DNA of 63,763 nt, filler included. It is 13 parts of 13 records of this genome, joined end to end, with 100 filler letters (N's around TTAATTAATTAA, not from the genome) between each part and the next. Parts side by side here need not be neighbours in the genome. Positions count along the whole stretch, not along the records: positions 1 to 8,381 come from SRR15195285_2474; positions 8,482 to 12,831 come from SRR15195285_2487; 11 more parts are not named here. One strand, written 5' to 3'. The stretch's first letter is position 1. Each line of letters begins with the position of its first letter. Positions 1 through 11,495 of this stretch are shown piece after piece. The notes under the pieces are model-generated. The model had not been told where the DNA came from and searched no databases. It worked only from the letters and a program-made list of their open reading frames with translations. A program made the position numbers and the translations under genes.

Positions 1-98
1 CCACCGCCGTGTTTGAGCTGTCTGCGTCTCTATGGCGGCGCGAAGGCCTGGCTGACAGGCGGCTCTATGCGGTCCTACTAGAGTTTGTATCATCTGGT

Positions 99-3000
99 AT
101 GGGCGGGGCCGTGAGCAGCCTGGGTCGCGGAAGCAAGTACCTGGATGCAGATGAGCAGGCGAAGGCAGCCGCGGAGGAGCAGGCGAAGGCAGCAGCGGAG
201 GAGGCGGCGGCAGCAGCAGAGGCAAAGCGCCGAGAAGCAGACGCGGGCGCTACGCTGCGGCGGTTTCAGCTCCTGCTGGAGGCGCAGCGGCGGGAGCTGT
301 CGAGTGCCATCGAGGGCGACGCAGCGGAGGAGATGTCGCATGCCAAGCACCGCAGAGAGTACGAGCGGGCCTGTTCCGCATTCATGCAGGCGCTTGGCGG
401 CGTGGAGGCGCTAGAGCACATCGAGCTGGATCGGCGGAACCGACGCAACATTGCGGACGATGGAACAGTGCTTACGGAGTGGACGTGCGACATATGCCAG
501 CGAGTGAACCCTGTGGAACGCCCACTCTGCGAGACTTGCGCTCGGCTGCGATTTCCTGACGACGCCTCTCAGAATCGGCGCAGTGCCAGCTCTGTGGCTG
601 TTGCGCGAAAGCAGGAGCTGCGCGCTCAGGCGCGGCAGTCGATGGCGGTGGTTGCGGCAACGGCCGGCGCAGCCAAGGGTCTCACTGCGGCGCGACGGCG
701 CTTGCGTGCTGTGCGCGCCACACTGGAGTATCTAGACCGTACGGGGAAGACGATTCATAGCGTAGCATGGTGCCGGGAGAGCGACGAGATGATGGGATAC
801 CTGGCGGCTGCCGAGGAGGCGTCTCGAGAGGCGGACCTAGCGCTAGCAGGCTTGGATCGCGTGCACGAAGAAAGAATGCATGCGAAGCGAATCTACTTCG
901 AGGCACGGGGCGCGAAAAAGTTCACGGACGAGAAGAGAAACGTGATGCTCTTTGACGATTTTGACGAGGCAAAACGGGAGGCGCACAGCCGCTTGAATGC
1001 TTCTCAGAAGGTATATATACGCGCGGTGGTTGCACGCCGCGACGGAGTCAAGCAGGTGAAGGACATGGCTGCAATTGAGGAGCTACGCTACTCCACGCTA
1101 CGTGCACTTCACGGAGGAATACCGGCCGAGAGAGTGATTAATGCACTGCGGGACGAGGCCATGGAGCTAGAGGCACAGACTCACCAGCTGCTCGCCAGCG
1201 TGGAAATCTACCGGGAAGAGACCCCAAAGATGTTTGGCGCGGTTGGAGCGCTAGTGTTTGTGGTACAGTACAAGGCACGCCACGAAAGGACTCCCACGGA
1301 GGGTGAGTGGGATGCAGTGATCGAAGAGTGCAACGTTGGCCTCGCAGAGGACAAATTCAACAAGCAGCTTTTGCGCTGGAAAGAAGCTGCTGTTAAAGCT
1401 CTTGCAGAGTGTGATATGGCAAAGGAAGCTAACATCTTGAAAACACGGGCAGAATGCCACGCGTGCGTGGCAGCGGCGTGGGAAGGGGCGGTACAGGTGG
1501 CACGCGTTGGTAGGCGACAACAGCTCGCACACGCAGCTGGGCTAACGGTGATCGGAGAATTGGGAGCCAGCTCCGCAAAGGATGCTTCAGAGCAGCTCTC
1601 TCGGCACGAAGCTGCAGCAATGGCTGATCTCGGGGAAGCTACTCGAGTCCTCGGGCTGAGTGGTGGGGCTGACGAAGTTCTCCAGGCTGTGCGTGATGCA
1701 AAAGGTCGCGCGACGGCGGCAATGGAGGCTGTCAAACATCTAAACGATTTGTGGGACGCATACCCAAAAGCTGTGGTGGGGATGGACCCATCCAAGGAGG
1801 AAGAAGCGCTGTACGAATCTTGTAGAGCCGCGACTGCCGAAAAGAAGGCAGCGGGGGCAGCGCATGCCTCTGCCGAAGCTGCAGCACAGACTGTGTTGGA
1901 AATGAGCTCTAAGAGAGTAGATGCAGTAGGAAAGCTCGCGGCGTTGGAGAATCTGCGAGGCTGCTTAACCGTGGCGGAAAAGGGGCCTGGACAATTCGAT
2001 CTCCGGCCGTGGCGCGATTCGGTGGACGAACTTCGGTGGTCAACAGGGCAGCAGATGGAAATGGGAAGCGGATATCTGTACGTTGGCACGTGCTCGGTGA
2101 TTGGACAGCGAGCATTGTTGGAACAGATGCACAAAGTGCGCGGGCGGATGCTTGCATTGTATTCGGTGTTGGATAAATCGAAGCTTAACCGAAGGGCGGC
2201 AAAAAGCCATCTTGTAGTGCGAATGTTGTTAGCAACTGGGGCTGCGTGTGCTACCATTGGGGATGCCAAGGCCCACAGGATTCAGCACGTCCAGATGCTG
2301 CGGGAACAGCGCCAGCTAGTGCTCGGAGATGCTATGATCTGTGTCGATGCAGACGATGCTGTGGATTCGGCAGCACGCCGTGCCGAACAGGAGACGGAAG
2401 AGGCGATGCTGGCCATCGAGAACAAGTTTAAGGAGGTGCAAGAGTCACAGCAGGCCGCAGATAGGCAGGAGCAGGAGGAAGCAGATGTGCGAGCAGCAGA
2501 ACAAAAGCTACTGAAAGCTACAGAAGCACTGAATGCCGCACAGACGGAAAAGGAGCGGCGAAACGCCGAGGCAGTGGTTGCTGTGGCTCGCGCACAGCTG
2601 GAGAAAGAGAAAGCTGAAGCAACTGATGCGGCTCTAACTGCACACAGGGAGGAAGAAGATGCTGAGCAGGCACGCCAGGATGCAGCTCGGGAAGCAATTG
2701 AGGCCGCAAAAGCTCGTGCGGAGGCCGACATCCAACGTGAGCTTGCAGCAGATATTCCGAACAAGGCACGGCATACATTGACAAAACAGGCAGCCCAGCG
2801 TACACGCGGCGCTCAAGACTTTATAGCAAAAGTTTCGACAGAGTTTTGGGCAGCTCCGGATTCAATCCAGCCGTATCCTGAAGGGTCCACTCTGGACGAA
2901 ATTCATCAGCCGAAGGCATTCAGAAGCTTTCTGAAAGGTGATCGGCAGATTACAACTGCGTTGCGTAACCGAAGAATTGATTTGGAAAAGTACTCCAGGA

Positions 3001-6000
3001 GTTATGGGCTAGCGCGCACTAAGAGACTGGTCTTTGTGTGTAGAGTCTCTGCATTTGACCGGGATTTGCTAGAAGGTACAGAGCTGGCCGCGTGCAAAGC
3101 ACTCATTGATGACCTAAGAGCTGCAGGAGAAAGTTTGCTCGTTGATGTTGACGAATACGATGCGCTTGAATTGCATTATAGCAAAGCACTAGCTTGGCAG
3201 AAAGAGGCAGCAGAAGGAGATGACATTCAAGAAGAAGATGAAGCCGACAGCTTGGTTGCAAATCTTTCTCAGCAATTGTTCAGTTTAAAAAGTAAGATTG
3301 CGGGAAACACAGCAAACGCAGACCTGTACACGGAGATGATGCGGCTGATGCGTAATCGACTACACCACCCGGCATATGAGCTTGAACAAGGTGATAAGGA
3401 TCTGCTCGTGGCTTCGGACATGCAGTCAGAAGTGCGTGTGGAGTCTGAGGCTGTTCAGAAACGCAAACGAGAGGCCGGTAAAGAGAAGCTTCTACTCGTT
3501 AGAAATATTGATCAAGGAAAGAGGGACGTCAAGAAGTGTGAGTATCAGCTGCAGCGATTTGAGAAGGAATCTGAGACTGCCCGGATGGCACAGGATACCG
3601 AAACCCACGTTGAATTCGAAGAAAAGTGTCGGGAGACTCGAACACGTCTAAAGAAAATTGCTGCATCCATGAAGGAGTGGTCTGTAGAAATGCAGAAACT
3701 TGACATACAAATCGGAATTATTGAGGAAGAAAACCGGGAGGTTGGTCAGCGCGTCGCGAGAATATCTGACATGAAGAAAAAAGCTAACGAACTGATTGAA
3801 CGAGGATGGGCTGGGAAGGTTCGTAAAGCCATCCAGAAGGCTGAAGCGATCGCTGCAGGGACCAGTACACTTGGACGGTTGCGGTACAAGGAGATGCACC
3901 GGGACTTTGATGCAGCAGTCCAGGCATGGAAACACGTCCCTGAATTGCAAACAGACCCCACACTAGCTGTGGAGGTTATGCGCACGTGTCTATGTGCTAC
4001 GCACGATGACAAAATGGAGAAGATGATGGAGAAGACACTGCGTAAATTTCTGGACGAAGATATGGCTACTAAGCTTAAAGACGGCAGCTGCAGTGAGCTT
4101 TCGCACACAGAGCGCAAGCAAACAACGTTGCTTTCGTTTGCTTCGGCGATGCTTTTTCTCATACGCGGCAAATACGAAGACGCTCGCGATACGTTTTTGG
4201 CGATTGGATCCACGGCATTGGGCACTGACTTTTCGGACATCGTTACGCACTCAGACATCGGAATGTACGGGACCCTTTGTGTTCTGGCAACCTTCCAGGG
4301 AGCTGGAGACGTACACAAACTACTATACAACAGATCCTTTGCACCGTTTCTGCGAAAAGCACCGCAAGCCAGAGAGCTTGCGGCAGAGCTGTATGCGGGC
4401 AATTACACTCGGGTGCTCGAAGCGATGACTGGGTTGGATTTACCATTGCACCTGGACGTTTTTGTCAGCGCTCATCGCTTAGAGCTGATGAACCTGATCC
4501 ATGTGAACGCTCAGCGAGTAGCACGGGCAAAAAAGCCATTTGTAATCCAATCGTCGCTGTTCACGCTGCCAGACGTTCATAGGGCTGATTCAGCGGCATC
4601 AGCGGCGCAGAAGGCTCATCGATTGTCGCGGGAAGATCGTCATGCCGTAAAGGAAGCGAAGCGTCGGCTAATTGGTGAGCTTCAATCAGCAGCTGAGGAA
4701 AGTTGCTCGCTACTGCCAGTTCGTCACGTCCGGGCTCAGCTGCTCCTGAGTAAGCTTCATGACGAGAGTAACGAGGCCTATCGGCATGCGCGGAACTGCG
4801 TTCAGACTTCAGTTGGAGCCCTTGAATTCATTGAAGAACTCAAGTGTTCCTTGCAGATCGAGCAGGCTGAGAAACAAACTAAGCAGATATCAAAAGACGA
4901 CGAGCCGCGCCAGCAGCCTTCTGAGCCACAAATCGAGATTGCAATTTCAAACTTGTTTGCCGCTTTGCGTTCGCTAGGGTTTAATGCAGGTGTCAATGCA
5001 GCTCGGTCTGCAGCGCAACAGCGCAGCATAGTGACAACAGCTCGACGCTCAGGTACAACAACGCTGCTGAGCGCCATTCATGAAGTTGAACAGATCATGT
5101 TGACAGCAGAGGCTGCAACAAGGGAATTAGCTGAAGCAGAAGCTGCCAAAGTGGCAGCACAGAAAGAAACCGAGGAGGCCCATCAAGCTGTGGTGCAGAG
5201 CCAGTTGGAAGCAGAAGATGTTTATGCAGCACACACAAATCTGACTGAAAAAGAGGCCCTTGTCAACCAAGCTGAGGGCGTCCGACGTGAGGCTGAGGCG
5301 GCAGCTGCTGAAGTCCAAGCTGCAGCAGCGAAAAAGTTGCAGGATCTCGAGGCGGCGGCTGATAAAGCTGCTACCGAAGCTTCTGCAGCGGCAGCGGCTG
5401 CGGATGCAGCTGCAGAGCAAGATTCAAACCCTTGGATGGATGACGTGGAGAACTTGCCTGAGCTGCAGGCCGCACAAACAAACGCCGAAAAAGACGCTGA
5501 AGCTGCAGAAGCGCAGCTTAGACACCATCGAGAAGCTCAAGCAAGTCGCGAAGCCGCTGAAGAAAATGAGCTTGCTGCTGTGCGGGATGCAGTGGAGAAA
5601 TTGCGGGAAGATGCGGCAGAGGCACGCAGCGAACTTGAGCGAGAGCGAGAAGAGGCAGCTGAAGCTGCTCAGAAAGCCCAGCGCGAGCAGGCTGAGGCTG
5701 AAGAAGCCCAAGCACGCGCTGAACGCGAAGAAGCAGAAGCTAAGGAGGCTCTTGAAAACGCTGAGAAGGAGAGCCTAGCACGTGGAGGCATGTTGGCTAG
5801 CTCAACAATGCAAGAATGTAATCGCAAGCTTGACGAAATGCAGGCACGGGCTGAGATGTGTACCCCCGCAGAAAAGCCAGATTCTGCGTCATCTGCAGAT
5901 CCGCTCGCACAGCTGCGTGAGTCCCAGGCAGTGATTGACAAATATAGAAAGGCATCGGACCGTGCGACAGGCGTGCTGTGGTTCGTGGGTTGCGATCAGT

Positions 6001-7574
6001 CGCGCAAGGCAGACGAAGAGGCGAAGGTTCGACTGTTGAAGGCTGCAACTGAACGAGCTCAGGCGCAACTACGCACTCGAGCAACAGGCCAGACCCTCCG
6101 ATTGCGGACCAAAGAGGCCAACCAAAAGGAGGCACGCCGTCTCACTGCACACGCAGAGCTGTATGCAGCACTGAAGCTAGCGGAAGAGACACGTGCAGAG
6201 GCCGATGAGTTGAAGGCTCAGATTACAAAAATCGAACAAACACCAGCTGGCAACATGTACGAGATGCGGCGGCTGAACAAAGAGCAAGCAGAGCTGGAGG
6301 CTCAGGCAACAATCATCAACCTGCGAGCCGAGCGCAACGGTGCGCATGCACTGCACTTGCAGGAAATTTACAACACGATACGAGCGGTTGCCACGGCCGC
6401 AGCAGAGGCTAAAAATGCAGCACAGGAGGCTCACGCCAACGCAATGGCACAGAATGCTAACGAGTCGGGTGCCGCTTCCCAACTTAGTGTGATTACCAGT
6501 CTTCGTATGATTTCTGGCCGTGTGGACGAGTATGGCCGGCAGCTGAATCTTTTGCAGACCACACAATCTCGCCGTGTACAAAACTGTGCGACAGAATGCG
6601 AAGAAGCTCTGCAGCATTATTACGTTGTAAGTGAGACATGTCGTGTTCAGGCATACATGCAAGGCCAGGCCTCCATGGCTGCCTGGCTTGCCAACAAGCT
6701 TGAGACAATGCGTACGGACGTGGGAGAATCTCGCAAGCACGAGCAAATCTTCCGCAAAGCGCGCAAGGTTACGAGAGGTATCATTCAGAAAAACGTGCTG
6801 GCAAAGAAGGCCGGGGGTGAGCTTTATTTCTACACGCCGGACCGCAAGAGTGGAGAGCAGCACCTTCAGAAGGCTCGACGTGTGTGGCGCGAGGTAGACA
6901 GAGCATACGGCCTTGCAAAGGATGCATACAACGGGGCAAGGGCGACAGCAATCAAATCAGAGATGGTTGAGATCAAACTGCAGCTGCAAAAGGTCGAATA
7001 CCAGTGCGAACGTACGTTCCGGAAGGTGAAAGTCCTAACAAAGAAGCAGCTACTAAAGGAGCTCGCGGTGGAGCAGGAGCTTCTTGACGAGCTCAGGGCT
7101 GAGGAGTCGGTGCTACATGAGCGACAGTCTGCCTTGGGAGAGGAGCTGGAAGGCGCGGAGGTCGAGTTCCTAGAGCTTACACAAGCGTTCAATCGGGCAG
7201 AGGAGGAACTTCTCAGGGCGGAGGGGGAGAAGGCCTTGGCAGAGGCGGAGGTAGCTGCGGCGATCAAGACCGAGAAAGAGGCACAAGAGCGGGCTAAATC
7301 TTTCCTCGAGCGACTCGAACGCGAAGGGATTGTGTTCACGGCTGAGGGCGAGGACGAAGCTGCCCAAGGCAAGTACAAAAATCGTTTCAAAGACCTTCTG
7401 ATGCGCAAAATTTTGGACGGGAAGCTCTCGACTCCGTGGACGATAGAAGACGAACGGGAATTTCGACAAAAGTTCACCGAGGGGCTGGGCGGCAGCGTGC
7501 GCAAGTCGGAGCTGGCAGCCGGCCTGCGAGCGAAAGAGAGCAGCTTGATTGCCAGGCTTGGTGGATACTCCTAG
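99..7574 (+). CDS. Giant coiled-coil protein with RanBP2-type zinc finger and an embedded CSN1/RPN7-like helical module; possible N-myristoylation site
   Basis: Uninterrupted ORF; first ATG at 99 gives MGGAVS (MGxxxS motif). WTCDICQRVN...CETC at 480-539. The segment ~3865-4510 (GKYEDA..F...DIGMYGTLCVLATF..SFAPFL..P...Y.GNY...L.LDVFVSAH) resembles COP9 signalosome subunit 1. The remainder is E/A/K/R-rich heptads. Confidence 0.8.
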   Translation: MGGAVSSLGRGSKYLDADEQAKAAAEEQAKAAAEEAAAAAEAKRREADAGATLRRFQLLLEAQRRELSSAIEGDAAEEMSHAKHRREYERACSAFMQALGGVEALEHIELDRRNRRNIADDGTVLTEWTCDICQRVNPVERPLCETCARLRFPDDASQNRRSASSVAVARKQELRAQARQSMAVVAATAGAAKGLTAARRRLRAVRATLEYLDRTGKTIHSVAWCRESDEMMGYLAAAEEASREADLALAGLDRVHEERMHAKRIYFEARGAKKFTDEKRNVMLFDDFDEAKREAHSRLNASQKVYIRAVVARRDGVKQVKDMAAIEELRYSTLRALHGGIPAERVINALRDEAMELEAQTHQLLASVEIYREETPKMFGAVGALVFVVQYKARHERTPTEGEWDAVIEECNVGLAEDKFNKQLLRWKEAAVKALAECDMAKEANILKTRAECHACVAAAWEGAVQVARVGRRQQLAHAAGLTVIGELGASSAKDASEQLSRHEAAAMADLGEATRVLGLSGGADEVLQAVRDAKGRATAAMEAVKHLNDLWDAYPKAVVGMDPSKEEEALYESCRAATAEKKAAGAAHASAEAAAQTVLEMSSKRVDAVGKLAALENLRGCLTVAEKGPGQFDLRPWRDSVDELRWSTGQQMEMGSGYLYVGTCSVIGQRALLEQMHKVRGRMLALYSVLDKSKLNRRAAKSHLVVRMLLATGAACATIGDAKAHRIQHVQMLREQRQLVLGDAMICVDADDAVDSAARRAEQETEEAMLAIENKFKEVQESQQAADRQEQEEADVRAAEQKLLKATEALNAAQTEKERRNAEAVVAVARAQLEKEKAEATDAALTAHREEEDAEQARQDAAREAIEAAKARAEADIQRELAADIPNKARHTLTKQAAQRTRGAQDFIAKVSTEFWAAPDSIQPYPEGSTLDEIHQPKAFRSFLKGDRQITTALRNRRIDLEKYSRSYGLARTKRLVFVCRVSAFDRDLLEGTELAACKALIDDLRAAGESLLVDVDEYDALELHYSKALAWQKEAAEGDDIQEEDEADSLVANLSQQLFSLKSKIAGNTANADLYTEMMRLMRNRLHHPAYELEQGDKDLLVASDMQSEVRVESEAVQKRKREAGKEKLLLVRNIDQGKRDVKKCEYQLQRFEKESETARMAQDTETHVEFEEKCRETRTRLKKIAASMKEWSVEMQKLDIQIGIIEEENREVGQRVARISDMKKKANELIERGWAGKVRKAIQKAEAIAAGTSTLGRLRYKEMHRDFDAAVQAWKHVPELQTDPTLAVEVMRTCLCATHDDKMEKMMEKTLRKFLDEDMATKLKDGSCSELSHTERKQTTLLSFASAMLFLIRGKYEDARDTFLAIGSTALGTDFSDIVTHSDIGMYGTLCVLATFQGAGDVHKLLYNRSFAPFLRKAPQARELAAELYAGNYTRVLEAMTGLDLPLHLDVFVSAHRLELMNLIHVNAQRVARAKKPFVIQSSLFTLPDVHRADSAASAAQKAHRLSREDRHAVKEAKRRLIGELQSAAEESCSLLPVRHVRAQLLLSKLHDESNEAYRHARNCVQTSVGALEFIEELKCSLQIEQAEKQTKQISKDDEPRQQPSEPQIEIAISNLFAALRSLGFNAGVNAARSAAQQRSIVTTARRSGTTTLLSAIHEVEQIMLTAEAATRELAEAEAAKVAAQKETEEAHQAVVQSQLEAEDVYAAHTNLTEKEALVNQAEGVRREAEAAAAEVQAAAAKKLQDLEAAADKAATEASAAAAAADAAAEQDSNPWMDDVENLPELQAAQTNAEKDAEAAEAQLRHHREAQASREAAEENELAAVRDAVEKLREDAAEARSELEREREEAAEAAQKAQREQAEAEEAQARAEREEAEAKEALENAEKESLARGGMLASSTMQECNRKLDEMQARAEMCTPAEKPDSASSADPLAQLRESQAVIDKYRKASDRATGVLWFVGCDQSRKADEEAKVRLLKAATERAQAQLRTRATGQTLRLRTKEANQKEARRLTAHAELYAALKLAEETRAEADELKAQITKIEQTPAGNMYEMRRLNKEQAELEAQATIINLRAERNGAHALHLQEIYNTIRAVATAAAEAKNAAQEAHANAMAQNANESGAASQLSVITSLRMISGRVDEYGRQLNLLQTTQSRRVQNCATECEEALQHYYVVSETCRVQAYMQGQASMAAWLANKLETMRTDVGESRKHEQIFRKARKVTRGIIQKNVLAKKAGGELYFYTPDRKSGEQHLQKARRVWREVDRAYGLAKDAYNGARATAIKSEMVEIKLQLQKVEYQCERTFRKVKVLTKKQLLKELAVEQELLDELRAEESVLHERQSALGEELEGAEVEFLELTQAFNRAEEELLRAEGEKALAEAEVAAAIKTEKEAQERAKSFLERLEREGIVFTAEGEDEAAQGKYKNRFKDLLMRKILDGKLSTPWTIEDEREFRQKFTEGLGGSVRKSELAAGLRAKESSLIARLGGYS

Positions 7575-7621
7575 GCTTTACCAACAAGTTGTGTCCTGCA
7601 CTGCAATAAACACCTCAATTT

Positions 7622-8381
7622 TCATTGCGTAGCTGGTGCAGCAGCTGGTGCAGCAGCTGGAGCCGCGGCTGCCTTTTGCTTCGCAGCTACCTGCTGGTGA
7701 TACGCTGCGGCAGCGGCTGCCTGCGCCTCTTTCTTTGCCCTCGCATCTGCCTGCTGTGCAGCTCGCTGCAGCGCCTGCTTCTGATTCTTCAGTTTGAGTA
7801 GGTAGTCCTCTTTATGGTGAAGTTCTTCCTGGGTCTCAAAGTAGGTGTGAAGGTGGCCGCGCAAAGCGTACAGGTTCGCCTCCACTCCGACAGTCGCCAT
7901 GATCGGTAGCCCGGGAACAAGACCAGACTGGTACGAGAAGAAGTCCGGGTCGCTTGTGTCGATGCCAATCTCCGACAGCGCTGTATCGACGGCAGACGCG
8001 CGGCGGGAAGTTCGGCCAGCGACGCCTGGAGTTGTGGTCGACGGCTCGTCCCTTTTGTTGCAGCACTCCGGCTGTTCAGGCAGAATTTTGCGGCGCAGCA
8101 CGATGGCTCGCTTCATCTCACCGCCCAGCTGCTTCAGGAGCCTAGCGTTGCACATCTCCAGGGCCGCAACGTCGGCCTGGCTGAAGTTCCCGATCCAGTC
8201 TGCGCCAACCGCGTCCTGGTGCTCCAGCTCCCGCTTCTTCCTCGTTTCTTCAATTTGCTTCGCTTTCTCCATAGTATCCGTGTCATTCATCTCCTGCAAC
8301 CCAGAGTAGTCGTAGTACGCCCGCAGCTTGACCTTGCGCTCGCGTTCATAGTTGGCGTCGTAGCCCACCACTCGTCGCACC
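7622..8381 (-). CDS. Hypothetical protein, 5'-truncated at contig end
   Basis: 252-codon open frame with protein-like composition and an Ala/Pro-rich tail; convergent with the giant ORF. Confidence 0.6.
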
Positions 8382-8481
8382 NNNNNNNNNNNNNNNNNNN
8401 NNNNNNNNNNNNNNNNNNNNNNNNNTTAATTAATTAANNNNNNNNNNNNNNNNNNNNNNNNNNNNNNNNNNNNNNNNNNNN
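8382..8481. other. Artificial contig spacer (N44-TTAATTAATTAA-N44); identical spacers at 12832, 16228, 21719, 25489, 28693, 31850, 39027, 46826, 52531, 56859, 60639
   Basis: Fixed 100-bp length; the central 12-mer puts stop codons in all six frames. Confidence 0.98.
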
Positions 8482-8553
8482 CCCGTTGACCACCTCGAGT
8501 CGCTGCATTTTCGTTCCCATAGAGTGGTCGCCGTGTTTCTATCCCCCACACGA

Positions 8554-11116
8554 ATGAGTGGCGTGGCCATGGACCCCTTGGACGTCCGTGCGGCGGCCAT
8601 CGCCCAGGTGCAGGTGAGCGAGCCGAGTGTGTGCCGGTCGGTGGGCGGGTGGCCCTTGACCGTTGAGGCGGACGCGGAGCTGAAGAGGCTGGCGGAGATC
8701 AGCCAGCGATGGCCGAGCAGCGCGCTGCCGGAGGTGAGTCCCCCGGGCTGAGGCAGCGCCCGCCCCGCCTGCGTAGGGAAGACGCATTGGCCTGTCCGCT
8801 GCGTCTGCGTGGCTCTTGCGCAGGCCAGCGAATGCAGGATGGCTTGTTGCGGTCTGCGTCTGTCTGTCGGCCTGGCTCTTTGCGCGTTGTGGTTCCCACG
8901 CACGCTCATGCATACCGATGCGGGCACAGCGTCTGCCGATCAGCTCTGAGGACACCCTTGCTCGCTCGGAGCAGGTGCTGGCGTCGATCCGCGCCAACCC
9001 AGCGCTGGTGGCGCTGCAGGCGTACAACGTGCGTGGGCTGCGTGACGAGCACCTGCGGCTGATCGCTGAGGCGCTGCCGGGCCTGCGGGGGCAGCTGCGG
9101 ACGATCGACCTGCGCCACAACGGCGAGATCACCGACGACGGGGTGCGAGCGCTGCTGGTGCCGCTGCGCGGCTCCGCCGTGACCTCGGTGCGGCTCGGAC
9201 ACTGCGCCGGCATTTCGGCTGCGGCGCACGCGGAGATCCGCGACGCGGTGCTCCCCAACGTCCTCGCGCCCGCGCGCGCAAACGACAAGAGCCTCCGGAC
9301 CCTCAGCCTGTGCGGCGTGGAGCTGCGCGATGAGCAGGTGGACGTTGTCGTCGAGGCCTTTGAAGGCAACGCCTACACAGCAACGCTCGACCTGCGCTCG
9401 AACCCGGCGCTCACAGATGCGGGCGCCCTGCGGCTGCTGCCGCTGCCCGACACGAGCGCCCTGACGGGGCTTAGCCTCGCTGGTTGCGATGGAGTGTCGG
9501 CCGGCGCGAAAGACAAGGTTGCGGCAGCCTTCGCGGCAAAGCGACTTCGCGCAGCGCTGGCCACCGACCTCGCAGGGATGGTCGCGCTCCGCGCGATGGA
9601 CCTGCGTGACGAACACCTGACGGCGGTAGTCGCAAGCGTGCTCACGAGCACTGCCGTGCGGAAGCTCGATCTCGCGCACAACCCGAAGCTCACAGACGAA
9701 GGCGCGCGAGTGCTTGTGCCAGCGCTCGCAAGTGCCACATGGCTGCAAGAGATCGACCTCCGTGGATGCGACGGGATCTCAGCGGCGGCGGCGGCGGAGG
9801 TACAGGAAGCGTGTTTGTCGAACCGCCTTCCGGTACTGCTGGAGCCCGTGAGCAGTGGGAGCCGAAGTCCTGTGCCGGGCCCGCAGTGCTTAGACCTATT
9901 GGGACTAGGTTTGCGAGACAAGCACGTTGCGGCACTGGTCGATGCGCTAGCAGGAAACGCACAGCTGCAGAAGATTGATCTGCGCCACAACCGCGATCTT
10001 ACGGATGCGGGGTTACGTCAGCTCGTGTCGACGCTCAGCAAATGCCGCGTCCGCGAGGTGGTCCTTGATGGCTGTGATGCTGTCAGCGAATCGGCGCGAC
10101 TAGAAATGCGGGACGCGTGCCTACCGAACCTCCTCTCGGCAGCCTTGGCACCAGTGCGTGTCAACGATAAGGCTCTCACCACGCTCCGGCTTTCGCTCAT
10201 GGATCTATGGGACGAAGCGCTTGGACTAGTTGCTGAGGCGCTAATGGGGAACGAGCACGTCACCCGGCTTCAACTAGCGGGCAACACCGATCTGACTGAT
10301 GTAGGAGTGGAGCTGCTGCTCCCAAGCATCCCCGCGAGCAGGGTAGCGGAGATAGACCTGAGTGGCTGTCCAGCAGTTTCGCGCATGGCGAAGGATATAG
10401 TGAGTGGGGCTTGCTTGCCGAACTTACTCGCCCCCGTGGCCGAGAACGATCCAGCGACGTGCTTTCTCAACCTGTTCAAATGCGGCCTCACGGACGACCA
10501 CATGGATCTGCTGGCCAGCGCATTGATGCACACCCAGGCCTCATCGCGTCCAACTACCCGTGACAGTGAGACGCGCCCAGAAACGTCGTCTTCAGAGCTC
10601 TCTAGTACATCCACCAGCGCTTGGCTTCGTCGCCCCGGCAATGTTCACGTGTTGAAGGTGGACTTGCGTTTTAATACTCGACTGACAGACGCTGGTGTGC
10701 GGCAACTTATCCCTGCTATCGGTGCGAGTCGCGTGCAAGAGGTAGATATGTTCGGCTGCCCCACGATCTCGGCAACAGTGCGAGCCGAGGTCTGTCAAGC
10801 CTGTATGAAGAATGTGCTCGCCCCAGTACATGCGAACGACCCGTCTACCACATCGCTAAAGCTGCGGTCTGTTGGACTGCGAGACAAGGACATGGAGCAG
10901 GTGTCGCGTGCGCTATCTGGCAATGAGTACGTCACGAAGGTAAATATAAGTGGGAACGGAGAGCTGACAGCAGTGGGTATGCGTCAGCTCGCGGAGGTAC
11001 TGCAAAAGACCATGGTAGATGATGTGGACATGGCTGGGTGCTTCGGAGTCTCCGAGACGCTAAGAGCCGAGGTATGCAAGGCCTGTGAGCTCGACCACGC
11101 GTCGCGATCAGCATGA
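8554..11116 (+). CDS. Leucine-rich repeat protein (RNI/tropomodulin-like LRRs in ~90-aa super-repeats)
   Basis: Recurrent LAPVxANDxxLxxLxL...LRDE...AL.GN..V.KLDLRxNxxLTDxGVRxL...VDLxGCxxVS units. Probable first exon from ATG 8554 with donor GTGAGT near 8733 and acceptor CACAG near 8930. Confidence 0.85.
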
Positions 11117-11495
11117 ATGCGTCTTGTGGGTGGCATGAGTCGCCACGCAGTCGACTGAGATGTCATGTCTCCGTGTGATGAAGACGACTACAGATGGTTT
11201 TTGCCTGGATTTCATTTGCTAGAAGCCTAGAACTCTACCCGGTACCATCTACCTAGATTGATAGCCGATACAGTAGCCATCGCGAGTGCAAAACATGTGA
11301 CATTGCCATTCAAACCAAAAACCCTAGCTGTAGGCAGCAAACGCAGATCCACCAGCCGTCGGACATTTAGCGCCACCGATTGGAGCACTGAGCTAGGCCG
11401 AATCCTTGCAGAAGGCGCTGTCTACGATGTTGAAGCAGTGACGAGAATCCATTGCACAAATGGGGTGTTCTGGCGGTCTCTGGTAGCGCTGCCTT

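Noticed and set aside
1208-7504. Long antisense ORFs (e.g. 1208-2269, 6866-7504) and similar ones elsewhere
   Set aside because: Ser/Ala/Cys-rich shadows of GC-rich coiled-coil coding sequence on the opposite strand
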